A DNA stretch of 64,000 bases. Source: Mobula hypostoma (taxonomy: Eukaryota). How positions within the stretch are numbered: the stretch's first letter is position 1; every line of letters begins with the position of its first letter. Positions 59,091-64,000 of this stretch are shown here, piece by piece. The notes under the pieces are model-generated. The model worked only from the letters and a program-made list of their open reading frames with translations, did not search any database and was not told where the DNA came from. Position numbers and translations under genes: made by a program. The stretch is from contig NC_086097.1 of the NCBI RefSeq assembly GCF_963921235.1, positions 244,840,001 to 244,904,000 on the forward strand. Reading direction: 5' to 3'.

Positions 59091-60642
59091 AGTTTAGCTT
59101 TAAATGCTGTGAACAATCAAAGGGAAAGTTATGACATTATCTTAGCTCAGGCAAAACTTGACACTCATAAAGAGGGACAGTGACATCTCGGGTGGGTCGT
59201 GAGCTGGAGAAATGTGGTCAAAACCATTCAAACGGGCAGATTTTGAACTTTAACCCGTTGAGTGCCATATCCTAATCATAAGGAATTGCGTCACTGTGTG
59301 ATTAGAGTATGGGGACACTGTAGTACAATTGTGAATGACAATAATGTGCAGGCTGGGCCCACAAATAACACTATTTCTTCAGTTCAGATTTCTCATGATA
59401 TGCCATATACAGAAGTGTCACATTGCTTCATTGCTTTTTAACAACTATAATGTGTTTCGACCAAAATCTAAGAGAACAGTCAGTTAGCAAAAGATGAGGT
59501 GATTATGAAATCATTATAATCAACTATGAGGTACTGAGCATGCTTATAATAAGTAATTCATTTCTTTAGTTCAACCTGTAGTCCATTAGCTTCGCCCACT
59601 TTCATTGAGTTGTTAGTTAATTTTATGGTGAGTAGCCAAGAGGACAACATTTTTCAGAAGAGTGGCTTCAGCTCTCCATTTAGCTGCAAACAGTTGGATC
59701 CAACAATCCCCTTTCATAGCAACCTCTGTACATCTCTTCAGAGCTGACTAAAGTGGAGAGATTAAAACTAATGTGGTAAATACGTAATATCATGTATGAA
59801 AGGAAATGCTTCAGTGTTGTCAATAAAAACGTGTTCTCTTTATTAAGACCAAAGTTTTTTGCCTGTCGCCAATTACTCTTGAGAAGATAGAATGAGGGGA
59901 TATTTGACAGAGGGATACAGAGTTATGAGGGATATGGATAGGGTAAATGCAAGTAGGCTTTTCCCCCTGAGGTTATAACTAAAGGTTATTGAAAAAGAAT
60001 CTAGTGCTTTCCTGGCATATGTAACAAATAAACTCTTCTTAAGCTTTCAGTCGGGTATAGGTATCAATTATAACCAACATTTTGATGAAAGTCTCTGACG
60101 TCTTCTTCAGGGATGATGGCTGGGCATGTCTAGTGCTGGTGGAAGTGGTGGATGTAAGTTTGATTGCAACATTCAAGAGGATTTTTGATAAGTACATGGA
60201 TGTGAGGGGTATGGCTTGCCATGGTCCATCTGCAGGTCAATGGGACTGGGTGAATAACAGTTCAGCGTGGCTTATTTCTGTACTGTAGTGCTCTATGATC
60301 CTTTGACTCTGTTGAGAACTACGAGCTGTAAGTGGAGGAGGATCCCATCCATGGGTACCTAAATAACTTGATTATATTAAACTGATAAAAAAGAATATAA
60401 TGTTGCAAAGATTAGTAGTTGGCTAAAACTTTGGAACAATTTTGAAATCAACAAAGGATGATTCAAAGAATAATAATGAGAGTAGTTTGTGAGAACAGCT
60501 TGTAAGAAATATGAAAGCAGAGAAAGAAAGTCGCCTTTGCAAGTATTTGAAAAATAGTCACAAAGTTAACATTGGCTCCTTAGTAGTTGAAATGGGGGAA
60601 TTAATAATGGGATTTTTTTTTAATTTCAATGTTTATAGTGTC

Positions 60643-63600
60643 GTTGTCGTCGTCTGAACCCTTAGTGCCTAGGTGGCACATGGAGCCTCCACAAGGGTCT
60701 TCCATTTTCGCTGGTCTTTCACTCTGCTGCTGGCCGTTACCAGTTCATGCCTACTTCTTTCAGTTCTACTTCCACAGATCTTCGCCACGTCATTTTAGGC
60801 CTGCCCCTACTTCGCTTTCTCTGTGGAGTCCACCTTAGTGCTACTTTTGCTAGTTGATCATTTGGCATTCTCATTACATGGCCCAGCCATCTCCATCGTC
60901 TTCTTTTCACACAAACTGAAATTGATTCCACATTGCAAGATGTAAGCAAGTCTTGGTTTCTGATTTTCTCAGGCCAGAAGATCTTCTTGTTATGTCGTAG
61001 ACATTTTGTCTGGAATGTGTCAAGTTTCTTGCAGATGTTTTTCGTCATCTTCCAACATTCACTTCCATAAAGTAGCACGCATAGGACATTGCTTTTAAAA
61101 ATTCTGATTTTGGTGTTAAGTTTGAGTTGTGTGGATTTCCAAACTGCATTGAGGCTGCCAAAAGCTTGATTTGTTTGAGATAGTCTTGCTAATACGTCCT
61201 TACCACTATCTCCATCAGTGCTGACTTTAACTCCCAGGGTACGTGAACTCATCTACCTCTTCCACTTGCTGATTATTGGTGATTACTGGTTGGAGGTTGG
61301 AAGCGTTCACCTTCATGATCTTTGTTTTTCTCACTTGAATGTTCATCCCAAGTTGCGATGCATATGATGTAAGTCTGTCTGATTTCTCCTGAATGTCACA
61401 GTGATGACTTGATAGCAGACTGATATCGTCAGCAAAAACTAGGACTTCAAGTGTTGAGGCAAGTGTCCGTTGAATACCCCGTTTCTTTTCTGTGATTATT
61501 TCCCTCATAAGCCAACCCATTGCTAAAATGAAGAGAAAAGGTGATGGTATACATCCCTGTTTAACTCCTGTGCATACCCTGAAGCTTTCTGTCAGTTGCT
61601 TTCCACAAATCACCTTGCACTGAAAGTCGTTGTACATCATTTGGATACTGTTTACAATTTTGGGGGGAAATCCGTATCTTCTTAAAATTTTCCAGAGTGT
61701 TTCTCGGTAGATACTGTCAAATGCTTTTTCGAAGTCTACAAATACTACATAAAGATTGCTGTTCCACTCTGCAGATTGTTCGAGAATTTGTCTTAGTACG
61801 AATATATGGTCTATGCAAGATCGACTTTTTCTAAAGCCAGCTTGTTCTTTCCAGATGATATCTTCCACAACCTCTGAGAGCCGATTTAACAGGATGCGAC
61901 TGAAAACTTTGCTTGTGATTGAGAGGAGTGTAACACCTCTCCAGTTGTCGCATATACTTAAATCTCCTTTCCTTGGCAGTTTTACAGTAAGTCCAGTTTT
62001 CCACTCCTTGGGCATTTCTTCACTTTTCCAGATGGTGTTACAGCACATGGTACATTTCTCTGCCACTGCCCTTAAGCATTTTTGCACTTATCTCATCTTT
62101 TCCGGGTGCTTTTCCTGATTTCATTTTCCTGATGGCTTGCTGGACTTCTTCAACTGTAGGTGGTTCCGTGGTGATATCAAGGTCTTCATTACTCTCACAA
62201 ATTTCAGGGGTTTCTCGAGGTGTTGGTCTATTCAAAACTGCTTCAAAATGTTCTTTCCATCTGGTGGTTATTCCTTTCTCGTTTTTGATAATATTGCCGT
62301 CCTTTGCTTTTATAGCAATATCATGCCTATTTCCATAGTTCCCCTTCATGCACTTGGTTATTTTGTATAATGTTCTCATATCCATATCTTTTGCAGCTTC
62401 TTCAGCTTTTGAGGCAAATGTCTCAAAGTACTGTCGCTTGTCCTTTCTGCAGCTTCGTTTAACATCCTTGTCAATCTCGGCATATTCAGCAGCAAGTCTC
62501 TCCTTCAGGCGATGGGAAGTTGTACTCAGCATTCTTTTCTTGGTTTCTTTCCTTTTTGTTATTTTCATCCAGGTTCACTAATCCATTCTTCTTTTCGTTT
62601 CTTTTGGTATCCCAGGATCTCTTTACTCGTCCCCTTCATCACATTATTAAAGTTGTGGATTGTCATGTCAGTATCTTTGCCAAGTATGCTAAACCTGTTT
62701 GTAAGTTTGAGTGTAAATTTTCTCTGTATCTCGAAGTTTTGAAGTTTGCTGGAATTGAAGCATCGGCCTCTGCCTAAGCCCATTCTCACTTTTCTCAATT
62801 TTAGTTTCATTTTTGCTACAAGGAGATGGTGATCGCTGCCGACATCCGCTAGCCTTTTTACCCAAACATCGTTGAGTGATCTCTTCCATTTGTTCTTGAT
62901 AATGATATGGTCAATCTGACTCTCTCTTTTCCCATCTGGGAATTTCCATGTGAGTTTATGGATATGTCTGTGCTGGAAAATGGTGCCTCCTACTGTAAGA
63001 TGGTTCATTTCACAAAAGTCACAAAGTCTTTCACCATTGTCATTCATGACTCCAACACCATGCCTTCCAATAGTACTTTCGCGATTGCTGTTTCCATTCC
63101 CAACTCTTGCATTAAGTTCCCCCATTATAATGAGCACATCATGTGTCGGGATCTTTTCCATGGCAGCTCAAAGGCTGTTATAAAACTCATCTTTAGTTTT
63201 TTCCTCCGCATCCTCAGTAGGTGAATTATGGACAGTTTAGTGAACTTAGAGTTTAAACGAACATACAGGAGTCTTTCATAGATGGGGTTCCATTCTAATA
63301 AGGCCCTCGAGGCATCTTTGTCCATGATGAGTGCCACACCTTGTAAATGGTGGTTGTCCTTGTGGCCTGACCATATGATTGTATCGCCAGATGCTAGGGG
63401 TCGCTTTCCAGAATCTGTCCAATGTGTTTCTTGTATTCCAAGCAGCTGCAGTCAGTAGTTATGCATCTCTTTGATAGTCTGTGCAAGCTTTCCAGTTTGA
63501 TATAAAGTTTGAACATTCCAGCATCCAATATGGATAGTTTCTTTGGGTGAAAGAAGATTAGCTCTCAGTCCGGAGATGTCCTGGTGGCTTTGATCTCCGT

Positions 63601-63885
63601 CCATCATAATTTCTGTTCCCAGTTCTGCATCACTCCTCTCACTGGTATCAATAAATTTTCTTGTTTCAGTTTCTGTAGTGGTAAAGATTTTACAGGGTAG
63701 GGTTGCTAGCCCTACGCCCAACCCCCAACCTGGAGGACCAGGTGCTGTATTCGTCTGGCCCTTCGCCTGGAACCTGCCCAGCAAGGTTGAACCTACCAGG
63801 GACTGAAGTCCCAGCTAGTACAGCTCCCAGGATCATTAAGGCACACAAACCTCCCCACCACGATAAGAAACAGCACATAGGGAGG
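60643..63885 (-). mobile_element. Full-length RTE-clade LINE (~3.24 kb), frameshifted, 14-bp TSD
   Basis: ATGTTTATAGTGTC at 60629-60642 and 63886-63899; APE (GCWNVQTL, GELNARVG, IDHI, SDH), RT (GKAPGKD, EQAGFR, FVDFEKAFD, GVKQG, FADD), C-terminal RRWRWLGHV...RGRP; (GAC)n-like 3' tail. Confidence 0.95.
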
Positions 63886-64000
63886 ATGTTTATAGTGTCC
63901 TATTTTATAATTGTCCTCTTGGTAATATTACCAAACATATCCCGACCATAAAAGTGTTGAACATCTGGGAATTAAAGGAAAAGAGAAACTGAAAACAATC

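Noticed and set aside
1..64000. Prokaryotic systems (CRISPR, retrons, operons, defence islands)
   Set aside because: Spliceosomal exon-intron structure and vertebrate retroelements throughout; all RT motifs are explained by LINE, Penelope or LTR elements, and no repeat-spacer array is present.

Overview
Vertebrate genomic DNA, not prokaryotic. The repeat families (CR1 LINEs, V-SINE/HE1-like SINEs, Penelope-like elements) suggest a cartilaginous fish such as a ray or shark; this is inference. The window lies inside a CLASP gene, best matching CLASP2, on the + strand. I found 11 coding exons (959 nt in total, almost all missed by the ORF track) that splice in frame with GT-AG boundaries and encode the Ser/Arg-rich SxIP (EB-binding) linker and the start of TOG3. 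Four are microexons (24, 18, 27, 24 nt) and one acceptor is NAGNAG. The introns are dense with nested mobile DNA: a young Gmr1-type LTR element (two 844-bp LTRs, CTGA TSD, tRNA-Pro PBS) whose single 961-aa ORF has intact Gag-protease but a collapsed Pol, Penelope-like elements and tails carrying minimal hammerhead ribozymes, several CR1 LINEs, a full-length RTE LINE with a 14-bp TSD, a hAT/Buster transposase relic, MITEs and SINEs. The most notable items are the Pol-collapsed but open LTR element, the hammerhead array (including a head-to-head palindromic pair), the all-symmetric microexon cluster, and a Trp-to-Phe change in the TOG3 tubulin-contact loop. All homology calls are from recalled sequence motifs, not database searches.
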